From the NCBI GenBank assembly GCA_030601865.1, contig JAUWAW010000001.1, positions 46,433 through 110,432 of the forward strand: a stretch of DNA of 64,000 nt, written 5' to 3'. The position numbers were made by a program, and so were the translations under genes. This document shows, in pieces, positions 45,314-54,152 of this stretch (its first letter is position 1; each line of letters begins with the position of its first letter). The notes under the pieces were generated by a model. The model saw only the letters and a list, made by a program, of their open reading frames with translations. It made no database searches and was not told the DNA's origin. This stretch comes from Candidatus Nealsonbacteria bacterium (GTDB taxonomy: Bacteria > Patescibacteriota > Minisyncoccia > Minisyncoccales > JAUWAW01).

Positions 45314-46321
45314 TTTTTTGTTGGCTCGATACTCCCCTATCTTTCTCTTTCTTGCCTCGGTCCATCTATCCAAGCCAAGCAGTTTTGACTTGAAAATCCA
45401 AATGGCTGAGAAAGCTATGGCCAAAGGCAGCAAAACAGAATCTAAAATTGTGTTACCTATGCCGGTACTAACTTCAGTAGGAAGTCCGGCTGCTTGAGCA
45501 ACAGGCACACCAACGAACCTTCCCTGCACCATAACTTTACAACTATTGCTGCGAGAGAGGTAATTTGTATAAACTAAGGCAACGGTGATTAAATTATTTG
45601 TGCCATAACCTAAATTCTCTATTGAGGCAACTTTTGCTTCAAAAGTGATTGTTTTCGTCTGCTCAGATAATAAATTGCCTACATTAATGGCTCGAGAACT
45701 AATATTGCGAGTATTAGAAACACCGTCTATCCTCAAATTGTCTTGATAGCTTATATTTGGTGGTAAATTTGCTTTGACCTTTATATTTTGAGCTTTAATA
45801 TTACTGGTTGATTCAAGCCTTATCTTAAAAAGTAATTGGTCAAAAGGCTCGGCTTTCAAAGAGTCATACCAAACTGTATCTCCTCTGGAGAGATTCTTGA
45901 CAGATGTTTTAACACTAAAAGAGGGGCATTTGGTGGTAAATGTCTTGTCTTCCCCATAACCATTCTTTTTAGTGTTATTTTGAGCTACAGCCCGAAAATG
46001 ATATTGGGTGCAGGGAGATAAACCAGAAAGATTCACTGAGAAAGCGCCGATATGCCTTCTTTCTTCCACTGGTGTTGTGCGGCCGTAAGAGGTGTTTTTG
46101 CCATATTGAAACCAAAGTTTTAAGTCCACGCACCCGCCATCGTCAGTCACATCACCTCTCAAAAGAACCGAAGATAAAGTAATATTAGTGGCTGAGCGCG
46201 TGACTACCGTAGCGCGCACCACCATAGCAAAAACACAGATTGGGACAAGTAATCCCAAAATGAGTAAAAAGACAAATTGAGTTTTCGAGTTTCTTTGTTT
46301 TTTAACCAGATATTTATTCAT
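45272..46321 (-). CDS. Secreted surface protein with Fn3-like repeat and C-terminal LPXTG-type sorting signal (LPTEVS + hydrophobic segment + basic tail)
   Basis: N-terminal signal/TM. The C-terminus is LPTEVSTGIGNTILDSVLLPLAIAFSAIWIF followed by a Lys/Arg-rich tail. Sits next to a sortase gene. Confidence 0.55.
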   Translation of the reverse strand: MNKYLVKKQRNSKTQFVFLLILGLLVPICVFAMVVRATVVTRSATNITLSSVLLRGDVTDDGGCVDLKLWFQYGKNTSYGRTTPVEERRHIGAFSVNLSGLSPCTQYHFRAVAQNNTKKNGYGEDKTFTTKCPSFSVKTSVKNLSRGDTVWYDSLKAEPFDQLLFKIRLESTSNIKAQNIKVKANLPPNISYQDNLRIDGVSNTRNISSRAINVGNLLSEQTKTITFEAKVASIENLGYGTNNLITVALVYTNYLSRSNSCKVMVQGRFVGVPVAQAAGLPTEVSTGIGNTILDSVLLPLAIAFSAIWIFKSKLLGLDRWTEARKRKIGEYRANKKLKRKIARIKPQEN

Positions 46322-46350
46322 TGTTTTTAGGTTTTTAAGTTTTTAGGTTT

Positions 46351-46950
46351 TTAGTCTAACACTGCCTCCACGGCAATTCTGTAAAGGTCTTTACCCGGAG
46401 GCCAGCAACTTAATAAGATTAACACGGACTTAGAGTTTGTCAACCCGGAAGGAAGCTCCTCTCCTCGGTCAAGGAAAAACTTGTTGGTCACCCGGTAAAC
46501 ATATTGACGGTTATTAAAACAAACATAAATTTCATCTCCTTCAGCTAACTTATTCAAATCAGTAAAAATTCTATCATAATTGATATCAGGCCAGCCCTCA
46601 GGTGCGCTGTGGCCTAAAATTATTGCTCTACCCTGCTCTCCGGGCAAAGCGGAATCCGGGTAATGCAGAACTCCTTCTTTTAGATATTTTTGAAAATCTT
46701 TGTTGTCAGTGCTTTCGGTAAAAACAATGGGGGCTTCCTCCTCAATTTTAGGGATTGAAATAGTATTTTCTAAAACAGTGCTCTCATTTTCAAAGCTATC
46801 AGGTTCTTGTGTTTGCAGCTTGCCATAAATAACTTTGTAATTAAAAAACAAGGAAATCTCCTGCCAATTTATAATCAAAAAAACCACCAGAAATATAAAA
46901 ACAAAGGGTTTCCAGAACTTTTTAATTGCCTCTGTAAAATTCATTAGCAT
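46351..46950 (-). CDS. Sortase family transpeptidase
   Basis: N-terminal TM and a catalytic region with ILGHSAP... and the C-terminal LILLSCWP (TLxTC-type Cys). Confidence 0.65.
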   Translation of the reverse strand: MLMNFTEAIKKFWKPFVFIFLVVFLIINWQEISLFFNYKVIYGKLQTQEPDSFENESTVLENTISIPKIEEEAPIVFTESTDNKDFQKYLKEGVLHYPDSALPGEQGRAIILGHSAPEGWPDINYDRIFTDLNKLAEGDEIYVCFNNRQYVYRVTNKFFLDRGEELPSGLTNSKSVLILLSCWPPGKDLYRIAVEAVLD

Positions 46951-46997
46951 AATTCAAGATGATATATAATAACAAAATTCACCCGTTTTGTCAAACC

Positions 46998-47028
46998 AAA
47001 ACTATCGAGAACTGTTCTCGATAGTTTT
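46998..47028. terminator. 31-bp palindrome AAAACTATCGAGAAC-T-GTTCTCGATAGTTTT abutting the lepA stop (family D variant)
   Basis: 15-bp perfect arms. Related to the in-frame CDS copies TACGAGAACAGTTCTCGTA. Confidence 0.55.
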
Positions 47029-48833
47029 TAACTTCTAAGGAGTTTCAGGTATATTTCCTCGGGAATAGGGGTGCGGCCGTGTTTTTGGAGAATTTTTTTG
47101 CCTTTGCGTTGTTTGACTAAGAGTTTCTTTTTGCGGGTAAAGTCGCCGCCGTACAGGGGCGCGGTCACATCCTTGCGCAGGGCGCGGATATCCTCACGCG
47201 CGATTATTTTGCCGCCAATTTGGGCTTGAAGCGATTGGGTAAAGTTTTTTGGAGGCAGGACATCCTTTAATCTTTTGAGAAACTGACGCGCCTGCTTGCG
47301 CGCCGCGTCTTTATAAACAATGCGCGAGAAACAGGGCTTCAGTTCGCGCGAAACCAAAAACTCAAGTTTAATAAGGTCGCTTTTTTTATACTCGTCAAAT
47401 TCGTAACTAAAGGAAGCGAACCCCTTGCTAATGCTTTTCAGTTTGTCTAAAAAATCCTCAATAATCTCAGCAAGCGGCGCATAAAACTCTAAAAGCAAGG
47501 TATCTTTATCTAAAACTTGCGAGGAAATAAACTTGCCTCGTTTCTGCTCAACTAATTCATGGATTTTGCTGTTGTGTCTGGTCGGGCTGACAATGTTTAA
47601 TTTAACCCAGGACTCCGCTATATAGTCAATCTCGCCCTGGTCCGGCAGTTCTGCGGCCGAATGGACTAAAATCGGCTCTTTTTGCTTTTTTGTCTTTACC
47701 TTGAAAACAACCGAAGGAGAAGTAAGAACCACTTGGGTGCCATACTCCCGCTTTAACCTTTCCATGGTGATTTCCAGATGAAGCATACCTAAAAAGCCGA
47801 TGCGCAGTCCCCTGCCTAAATAAGGATTGCTCATAGGTTTGGCTGTGAGAGAAGTGTCGTTGAGCCGCAGTTTGTCAAAATTGGCTTTCAGGGTTTCAAA
47901 GTTTTGGCCTTGCCCTTGCCCCTGCCCCGGAAAAACATTGGCAAAAACCAATGGCTTGGGCTCTTTATAGCCAGGCAGGCGAGGACAGTCCTCGCCTGAT
48001 TTGGTTGTTATTGTCTCGCCGATTCTGACGTCTGAAACGTTTTTTATGCCCGTGGCGATGTAGCCGATTTGGCCGGCTATTAGTTTTGGCACAGGACTAC
48101 GTTGCGGTATGAAAATGCCGACTTCTCTTGTTTCGGCGCGGACTTTTTGATTGACAAAATAAATTTGGTCGCCTTTTTTGATTTCGTTGCCAAACAGCCG
48201 CACATAGGCAATTACTCCCTGAAAATTGTCGTAAATTGAATCAAAAACCAGGGCTTTTAATACTCCTCCGCCCTCTGTTTTTGGCTGCGGCGCCTGCTTT
48301 ATCAACGCTTCAAGAACTTTCTCTATATTCTCGCCTGTTTTGGCGGAAATAGTTAAAATTTCCCCTGAATCAATACCTAAAAGATTGGCTAATTCCTGCT
48401 TAACTTTTTCTAATTGCTCCTCGCTCGGACAAACATCTATTTTATTGATAACCGGTATTATTTTCAAACTCTGCGCCTGCGCCAGGCGCAGATTAGCCAG
48501 GGTCTGTGCCTGAATGCCTGAAACCACGTCAACCAATAAAATAACACATTCAACAGCGGCCAAAGACCGTTCTACTTCATAGGAAAAATCCATATGGCCA
48601 GGCGTGTCAATCAAGTTTAATTGGTACTTGCGGCCGGCCAGACCATACTCCATTGCACAGGGCTGCATCTTGATAGTGATGCCGCGCTCTCTTTCCAAAT
48701 CCATCTGGTCCAAAACCTGTTCGCGCATCTGCTCTTTCTTCAAGGTGTTGGTAATTTCCAAAAACCGGTCAGCCAGAGTTGATTTGCCGTGGTTTATATG
48801 CGCGATTATAGAGAAATTTCGTATATTTCCCAT
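47028..48833 (-). CDS. lepA: Elongation factor 4 (LepA)
   Basis: G-domain IIAHINHGKSTLADR and DTPGHMDF, and the LepA C-terminal domain. Visibly GC-richer than its neighbours, and contains a GQGQGQ insert. Confidence 0.9.
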   Translation of the reverse strand: MGNIRNFSIIAHINHGKSTLADRFLEITNTLKKEQMREQVLDQMDLERERGITIKMQPCAMEYGLAGRKYQLNLIDTPGHMDFSYEVERSLAAVECVILLVDVVSGIQAQTLANLRLAQAQSLKIIPVINKIDVCPSEEQLEKVKQELANLLGIDSGEILTISAKTGENIEKVLEALIKQAPQPKTEGGGVLKALVFDSIYDNFQGVIAYVRLFGNEIKKGDQIYFVNQKVRAETREVGIFIPQRSPVPKLIAGQIGYIATGIKNVSDVRIGETITTKSGEDCPRLPGYKEPKPLVFANVFPGQGQGQGQNFETLKANFDKLRLNDTSLTAKPMSNPYLGRGLRIGFLGMLHLEITMERLKREYGTQVVLTSPSVVFKVKTKKQKEPILVHSAAELPDQGEIDYIAESWVKLNIVSPTRHNSKIHELVEQKRGKFISSQVLDKDTLLLEFYAPLAEIIEDFLDKLKSISKGFASFSYEFDEYKKSDLIKLEFLVSRELKPCFSRIVYKDAARKQARQFLKRLKDVLPPKNFTQSLQAQIGGKIIAREDIRALRKDVTAPLYGGDFTRKKKLLVKQRKGKKILQKHGRTPIPEEIYLKLLRS

Positions 48834-50434
48834 TAATATTCTTCTTCAAAGATTTGGGCGGTGAAAGTGTAGAGGTCAATATCTTCTTCTTTCCAGCAGT
48901 CCCAGGGCAGACCGACTTTTTGAAAGCAAAGTTCTCCCATAAATTTTTCTAAATCCCAATTATTGTCAGTAGCTACTTGGGGCAGAAAAACACCATTTCT
49001 CAAGCCCTTTCTAATTTGCACGCCGTGTTTGCCAATCTCAATTCCCTGCCAATTATCAATTTTCTCTAAGGGACTCAAAACCGAAATTTCATAGTCAAGC
49101 TCACCAAGTTCATCCTCTCCCACAGGATAAAATCTTTTATCCTGGGTGGCAGCCGCAATGGCCATTTGAGAAACAACTTGATACAGAGGTATGTCAGTGG
49201 GTGAAAAACGGCCAATGCAGCCCCGTAGCTGGCTCTGCTTCTTTAAAGTAACAAAAGCACCCAAGTTTTGATTTAATATGGATTCTTCAACTTGAAATTC
49301 TGGAATTTTACCTTCTTTGACAAAAGTTTCAACTGAATTCTTAGCGATTTCCAAAAGTTTTTCTTGCTCTGTTTTCTTTAATAAATGACTCTGTCTTGGT
49401 CCAAAAAAGCCAATGGCTGCATAGCCAACCACTTGCGATTTATCACCTATGGGCACGTCTCCGGAATTGGCATATTTTAATAATTTAATTTCTTCAGCAG
49501 CCAATTCTTTGGCTACTAACATGATTGTTTTGATAGCATCTTCTGCGCAAACAAAAGTTACTGCTCCAGGAATATTCTCTTTTTCCAAGTCCTGAATTGT
49601 TTTTTCTAACTCCCCTACCCTACCGGTTAAAATGGCTTCAATGGTTTTGCTATCTGCCTGTTGAGCATCACCATAGCTAGGATAATGCGACAAATCAGAA
49701 CTGGCAATCAGTAAAATATTCTTACCTCTGATATTTTTAACAATGGCTTGAGCTAAAATTTTGTAATCTTCTTCTGGGCTGTTGCCCAAAATAATGGGTA
49801 CAATCCGTGGTACGTGCACGGACAAAGGAGATCCTTCGGCCTTCGGCCTCAGGATGACTTGCAAAAAAGGTAATTCCACCTCAAGGGAATGCTCTCTTTG
49901 ATGAACACTCTCTCTGAAAAAAATTCTTTCGTTTTCTGCAATAATTTTTTCAGCTAATTGAGAATCTATTTCTACTTCTCCTAAGGGAGTTTTATAAAAA
50001 CCTCGTGGGAAAATAGAAATACCTTCAAATCTCTCATAATGGCTGTTGCCAATAAGAATCACCGTAGCAAATTGGTTCAAATCGTGACGATCGTCATAAC
50101 TTGAACCACCCATCAGTTGCTTAAAGCCGTAGGCGGCCACGGGGCCAGAAAATGGATAGCCAGCATGGGGCAGAACTAAAGCAAAAATCTCGCCTTCGGT
50201 TTCTGGCGGACTTGCCTTTTCCAAAAATTGGTCAATCATTTTCTCTAACTCCTCAGGGTCTCCAGGATAAAATTGTCCAGCCACTGCCGGCTGCCGAATT
50301 ATTTTTTCTTCTTTTTCAAAAACGTCTGAAACCATAGCTTTTTGAGAAATATCTTCCCCTCCCTTAAATATTAAAAGTATACTAATCGCACCAACAACAA
50401 AAATTAATAAAGCTATTATTAGAACTTTCTTCAT
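48833..50434 (-). CDS. Fusion of AmmeMemoRadiSam system protein B (MEMO1-like) and protein A (AMMECR1 domain), with N-terminal signal/TM anchor
   Basis: MEMO-like motifs (ALVLPHAGYPFSGPVAAY; the SSDLSHY region) in the N-terminal half. The C-terminal half has the AMMECR1 motif GAFVTL...LRGCIG. Confidence 0.7.
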   Translation of the reverse strand: MKKVLIIALLIFVVGAISILLIFKGGEDISQKAMVSDVFEKEEKIIRQPAVAGQFYPGDPEELEKMIDQFLEKASPPETEGEIFALVLPHAGYPFSGPVAAYGFKQLMGGSSYDDRHDLNQFATVILIGNSHYERFEGISIFPRGFYKTPLGEVEIDSQLAEKIIAENERIFFRESVHQREHSLEVELPFLQVILRPKAEGSPLSVHVPRIVPIILGNSPEEDYKILAQAIVKNIRGKNILLIASSDLSHYPSYGDAQQADSKTIEAILTGRVGELEKTIQDLEKENIPGAVTFVCAEDAIKTIMLVAKELAAEEIKLLKYANSGDVPIGDKSQVVGYAAIGFFGPRQSHLLKKTEQEKLLEIAKNSVETFVKEGKIPEFQVEESILNQNLGAFVTLKKQSQLRGCIGRFSPTDIPLYQVVSQMAIAAATQDKRFYPVGEDELGELDYEISVLSPLEKIDNWQGIEIGKHGVQIRKGLRNGVFLPQVATDNNWDLEKFMGELCFQKVGLPWDCWKEEDIDLYTFTAQIFEEEY

Positions 50435-50482
50435 CTTGGTTTTGTATTATACCTTCTTAAAGGGGATTAGCCAATACCTCTT

Positions 50483-51595
50483 TTATTCCCAAACACCAGG
50501 GATTTTTTCGCCATCGGAGCATTGGCCGTTTTGGAGGTTGTTTTGGGTGACAAAAAAGCCTTGCCTGACAATGGCCGGCTCTCCTGATTCAGGGCAAAAG
50601 GTGGTGCTGCCTTCGGGGTCGTAAATGTTGCCGGTGTAAACATATTTCAGGCCATACTCCTGAGCCATTTGCCGGGCTTTCTGCAAGGTCTCAATAGGAG
50701 TGGGAGGCAGATTAAGTAACTTGTAATCAGGATGAAAACGGGTAAAATGCAAAGGGATATCTGTGCCCAGATTTTCTTTAATCCATAAAATTAAATTTCT
50801 GAAATCTTCTTCCCGGTCGTTTTCTGTGGGAATAACCAAATTGACAATTTCCAGCCAGACACCTTGTTCCTTGATAATCTTCATTGCTTCCAAAACAGGC
50901 CCCACATGGCCAGCTGTCATTTCCTGATAAAATTTGTCATCAAAGCCCTTAAAGTCAATTTTGTAAGCATCAATGTAGGGCAAAAGGTCTCTTAAGGGTT
51001 CGGGGTTAATGTAGCCAGCGCTAATAACCACATTTTTCAAACCGTTTTCATGCGCCAATAGAGCAATGTCTAACATATATTCGTAAAAAGCAGTTGGTTC
51101 AGTATAAGTAAAAGCAATTGATTGGGCGCCTGATTTTAAGGCCTTTTCCACCACTTGTTGGGGCGTCATTTTTATTGATGACACCTCCCAAGGGAAAACC
51201 TGGGCAATCTGCCAGTTTTGGCAAAATTTACACTGCAAATTGCAGCCGGTAGTGGCAATAGAATAAGTTTTAGTGCCGGGCAGAAAATGATAAAGCGGTT
51301 TTTTCTCAATGGGGTCAAGGTGTGAGGCAACAATTTGCCCGTAAACTATGGAGTAAAGTTCTCCCTCTATATTCTTTTTGGCTCGGCAAATCCCAATTTG
51401 ACCCTCAGATAAAATACATCTATTGGGACAAAGATTACATCTCACCATTTTACTGCCCAATTTCTCATAGTACTTGGCTAAATGTAAATCTTGGGGAGTA
51501 ACCCCTCCCCCGCGCTCTCTACCCCAAATAAGAAACACAGCCAAACCAACAATGATGATTAAAAATATAATGGCGCCTATCTTTGCTTTAAGCAT
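50483..51595 (-). CDS. AmmeMemoRadiSam system radical SAM enzyme with N-terminal TM anchor
   Basis: CNLQCKFCQNW (CxxxCxxC), with upstream Cys-rich CNLCPNRC...C. The N-terminus is a hydrophobic helix. Confidence 0.7.
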   Translation of the reverse strand: MLKAKIGAIIFLIIIVGLAVFLIWGRERGGGVTPQDLHLAKYYEKLGSKMVRCNLCPNRCILSEGQIGICRAKKNIEGELYSIVYGQIVASHLDPIEKKPLYHFLPGTKTYSIATTGCNLQCKFCQNWQIAQVFPWEVSSIKMTPQQVVEKALKSGAQSIAFTYTEPTAFYEYMLDIALLAHENGLKNVVISAGYINPEPLRDLLPYIDAYKIDFKGFDDKFYQEMTAGHVGPVLEAMKIIKEQGVWLEIVNLVIPTENDREEDFRNLILWIKENLGTDIPLHFTRFHPDYKLLNLPPTPIETLQKARQMAQEYGLKYVYTGNIYDPEGSTTFCPESGEPAIVRQGFFVTQNNLQNGQCSDGEKIPGVWE

Positions 51596-51609
51596 AAAAC
51601 CCTTTTATT

Positions 51610-51645
51610 TGTGTCAAAATCCTGCGATCGCAGGATTTTGACACA
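51610..51645. terminator. 36-bp perfect palindrome TGTGTCAAAATCCTGCGATCGCAGGATTTTGACACA (family B copy), intergenic
   Basis: Perfectly self-complementary. The identical sequence occurs at 56120..56155, and an expanded variant lies inside mnmA. Confidence 0.6.
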
Positions 51646-51651
51646 GTTTTA

Positions 51652-51966
51652 CTACAAAAAATAGAGATAAAATAAGAATATCAGAATAACTAAACTCAAG
51701 ATAATAACATAAATATTTGTCCATTTTTCGTCCTTGAGCCATCTTCTCAGGGTGAATTTAAGATAAATAAAAACATGCAAAATAAAGAATATAATGAAAG
51801 GAATGGGCAGCCATTTATCGTGCAGTTTCTCTGCTAAAACCGGGTCCATAATGCCTTTGGTCATACCATAACCAGAAATAAAATACAACATCATCAGTAA
51901 AGCCAAAACATAGCCAGAAAACCTGGCTGTTTTAATGAGAATTCTATTGATTTGAGTCTTGTCCAT
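51652..51966 (-). CDS. Small hypothetical membrane protein (3 predicted TM)
   Basis: 104-aa hydrophobic ORF in an operon-like arrangement. Confidence 0.35.
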   Translation of the reverse strand: MDKTQINRILIKTARFSGYVLALLMMLYFISGYGMTKGIMDPVLAEKLHDKWLPIPFIIFFILHVFIYLKFTLRRWLKDEKWTNIYVIILSLVILIFLFYLYFL

Positions 51967-51983
51967 AAATTTAATGCAAATGT

Positions 51984-52610
51984 TTAACTTACGATGTTAA
52001 ACATATTATAAATAGCGTAGGCGAAAAATAGAGTTCCGACAATCAAAGCGGCAATTCGGCCTACCAACTGGAATTCTTTCATTTTATTCAAATAGCCCAA
52101 AAAAACAAGGGGCAGGAAATACAGGGTTGTGCCCAAAAAAAACATTAAAAAATAAACTATACCTTTCAAGGCGCTGTGGAGCGTAAAGACATAGGTTAAA
52201 GACATTAAAAAGGGCGGGCAGATATTGACTCCCATTAAAAAACCCATCAAAAGCGGTATTTTAGCATTGTATTTTTTGATTTTGTGACAAAAACTAAACC
52301 TCTTCCATTTCATCAAGCCCAAAGCATGCAGAATTAAAATAAGAGAAAGCAACATTAAAGCGACCATTAAAATAAGATTGAGGACTTGGTTATTAATCCT
52401 CTGCCCCAAATAGCCAAAGACAGCTCCAAAAGTTACGTAGCCGAGCAATCTGCCAAAAATGAATTTAAGAATAACGAAAAGGTTCTCCCTCCTTCCCCGC
52501 GCCTCGGCAATCATCATTGGAGCAACAAAGGGGATACAGAAAGTTAGACAATATATGCCTGCTGACAGCCCTAAAAGAAATGGTGAAATAAAAATCTCTG
52601 ACATAAGCAA
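51984..52610 (-). CDS. Polytopic membrane protein, CcdA/DsbD-like or TauE/SafE-like (uncertain)
   Basis: About 6 TM. Has a CxxxC pair (CLTFC) in TM1 and a CPP motif in a later TM, reminiscent of CcdA-type thiol-disulfide transporters. Confidence 0.35.
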   Translation of the reverse strand: MLMSEIFISPFLLGLSAGIYCLTFCIPFVAPMMIAEARGRRENLFVILKFIFGRLLGYVTFGAVFGYLGQRINNQVLNLILMVALMLLSLILILHALGLMKWKRFSFCHKIKKYNAKIPLLMGFLMGVNICPPFLMSLTYVFTLHSALKGIVYFLMFFLGTTLYFLPLVFLGYLNKMKEFQLVGRIAALIVGTLFFAYAIYNMFNIVS

Positions 52611-52729
52611 TATCTACTTTCATTTTAAGCAATTTTTTGCTAAAATCAAAGGGAGAGGGCCCGTAGCCCCTCACCCAGATTGCTCTGCGCTTTGCGCAAA
52701 TTTGTTGAAAACAGGGCAATCTGGGTGAG

Positions 52730-52803
52730 GGGCCTATAGTATAATGGCATTACACCGCATTCGCATTGCGGAAATGTGAGTTCGATTCTCGCTGGGTCCA
52801 CCA
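52730..52803 (+). tRNA. tRNA-Ala (anticodon CGC), CCA encoded
   Basis: Hand-folded: acceptor GGGCCUA pairs with UGGGUCC including the G3:U70 alanine identity pair. Anticodon stem CCGCA/TGCGG with loop TTCGCAT, T-arm GTGAG-TTCGATT-CTCGC, then discriminator A and CCA. The D-arm is unusually short. Confidence 0.7.
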
Positions 52804-52856
52804 TAGCCGATTTTCGGGCGGCTGAATTATAGAAAAATTTAAGGATTGAAATTTAT

Positions 52857-53357
52857 ATGAGAGAATACAAATCAAACTTCGCAAAATATTCTTCTTTTTG
52901 GTATTCTTTAATTGTTTGTTCGGTAATAATCCTAATTATTGCCTCAAGGTTTGATTCGTGGTCTGTTATTTCTTCATGTTTAGTAATGGGGCCGTTGATA
53001 TTTTTCTGTGTTTGGGTTGTGCTTATTGTTAAGTTTACTTTTTTTAGGATCACTAACGAGGGTAGATTAGAATGCTTTTTGCCCGGAACTTCTTTTAGAA
53101 AGAAAAGTATAGATATTAAGAGTATTACTTCCATAAGGCGAGAACATGTGAGTAAGGGTTTACGCCTTTTACGTAGATTTTCTGTTCCTGTCTTACGTTT
53201 AAGTTGGCTTAATAGATACAATCAAGAAGAGTTTATAGATGTTTCTTACGCTATTTTTAACAGAAAAACACTGACTCAATTTTTAAGGGACCTAAGGCAG
53301 TTAAACCCGAGCATAGAATTAGATTCATATTATAAAAAAATAACAAAAGATTACTAA
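52857..53357 (+). CDS. Hypothetical membrane protein (2 TM + PH-like soluble domain?)
   Basis: 166-aa ORF downstream of tRNA-Ala. Weak bacterial-PH-like pattern. Confidence 0.35.
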   Translation: MREYKSNFAKYSSFWYSLIVCSVIILIIASRFDSWSVISSCLVMGPLIFFCVWVVLIVKFTFFRITNEGRLECFLPGTSFRKKSIDIKSITSIRREHVSKGLRLLRRFSVPVLRLSWLNRYNQEEFIDVSYAIFNRKTLTQFLRDLRQLNPSIELDSYYKKITKDY

Positions 53358-53480
53358 ATTAACAGAGAGACAATTTTTACAAAACCAAAATAATCCCTGC
53401 TGTTTCACGCGGTAAAAGTTGTTTTAGTAGAATTTATAAACCTGAAAGATATTTATATAAAAGCGGCTCGGAGGCTTTTA

Positions 53481-53990
53481 TTGTGTGAGAGAACCGCAAA
53501 GATTATTTTGGGTAGTAAAAGAGACATGATTTCTGGTGACTCATTTCAAGATTTTAGGGAATTCACTTATCATCTTGAGAACTTTTGGTTACGTGCTTTT
53601 GCATATAGGGAAAAGATATGTCAACTCATAAACTTAATGCTGGATTTAAGATTTTCCGAAAAAGAACCTCTGTTTTTTACACTATTGAAAGATTCAAGAG
53701 TAAGAGAAAGTGGGCTGAAAGTGGAGTTAGAAAAATTCAACAAAAACAAGATTTTCCGAGAGGTATTAATGAAACGAAAATTGATTACGCACAGGATATA
53801 TTATGATTCCTTAATTTCCGGCTATGATAGGCAGTTTAAGCCTTTTCAGAAAAAGAATATTGGCTCAATACAAAAAACATGGTTGTCAAATATGAGAGAA
53901 GAGGTGAGTTTTGCCAAAAAGTTTACAGAGAAGGTAATGGATTTTAATGACATTATAATGCGGAAGTTGATAGATTATAAAAAAAGATGA
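53481..53990 (+). CDS. Hypothetical protein with possible HEPN-type Rx4H motif (RKLITH)
   Basis: 169-aa alpha-helical ORF in the tRNA-adjacent islet. The motif MKRKLITHRIYY fits Rx4-6H. Confidence 0.3.
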   Translation: MCERTAKIILGSKRDMISGDSFQDFREFTYHLENFWLRAFAYREKICQLINLMLDLRFSEKEPLFFTLLKDSRVRESGLKVELEKFNKNKIFREVLMKRKLITHRIYYDSLISGYDRQFKPFQKKNIGSIQKTWLSNMREEVSFAKKFTEKVMDFNDIIMRKLIDYKKR

Positions 53991-54152
53991 TTTTCTGAAA
54001 CCATGGCAAGATTTGAATAGCTAAAAAGGGGTGGGGAAGCGAGGAAAACTAAAAATTGCGTTGGCAATTTTTGCCAAAGGCAGAAAAATTTGGTTTTTCC
54101 GTGCCCGGATTTTGTTTGTAGAAAGTTCTAACTTTCTCTAAAAAACACCACT

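Noticed and set aside
46322-46353. GTTTTTAG x4 tandem octamer between the LPXTG gene and the sortase gene
   Set aside because: Four units only and no further structure. Noted under the sortase finding rather than as its own feature.
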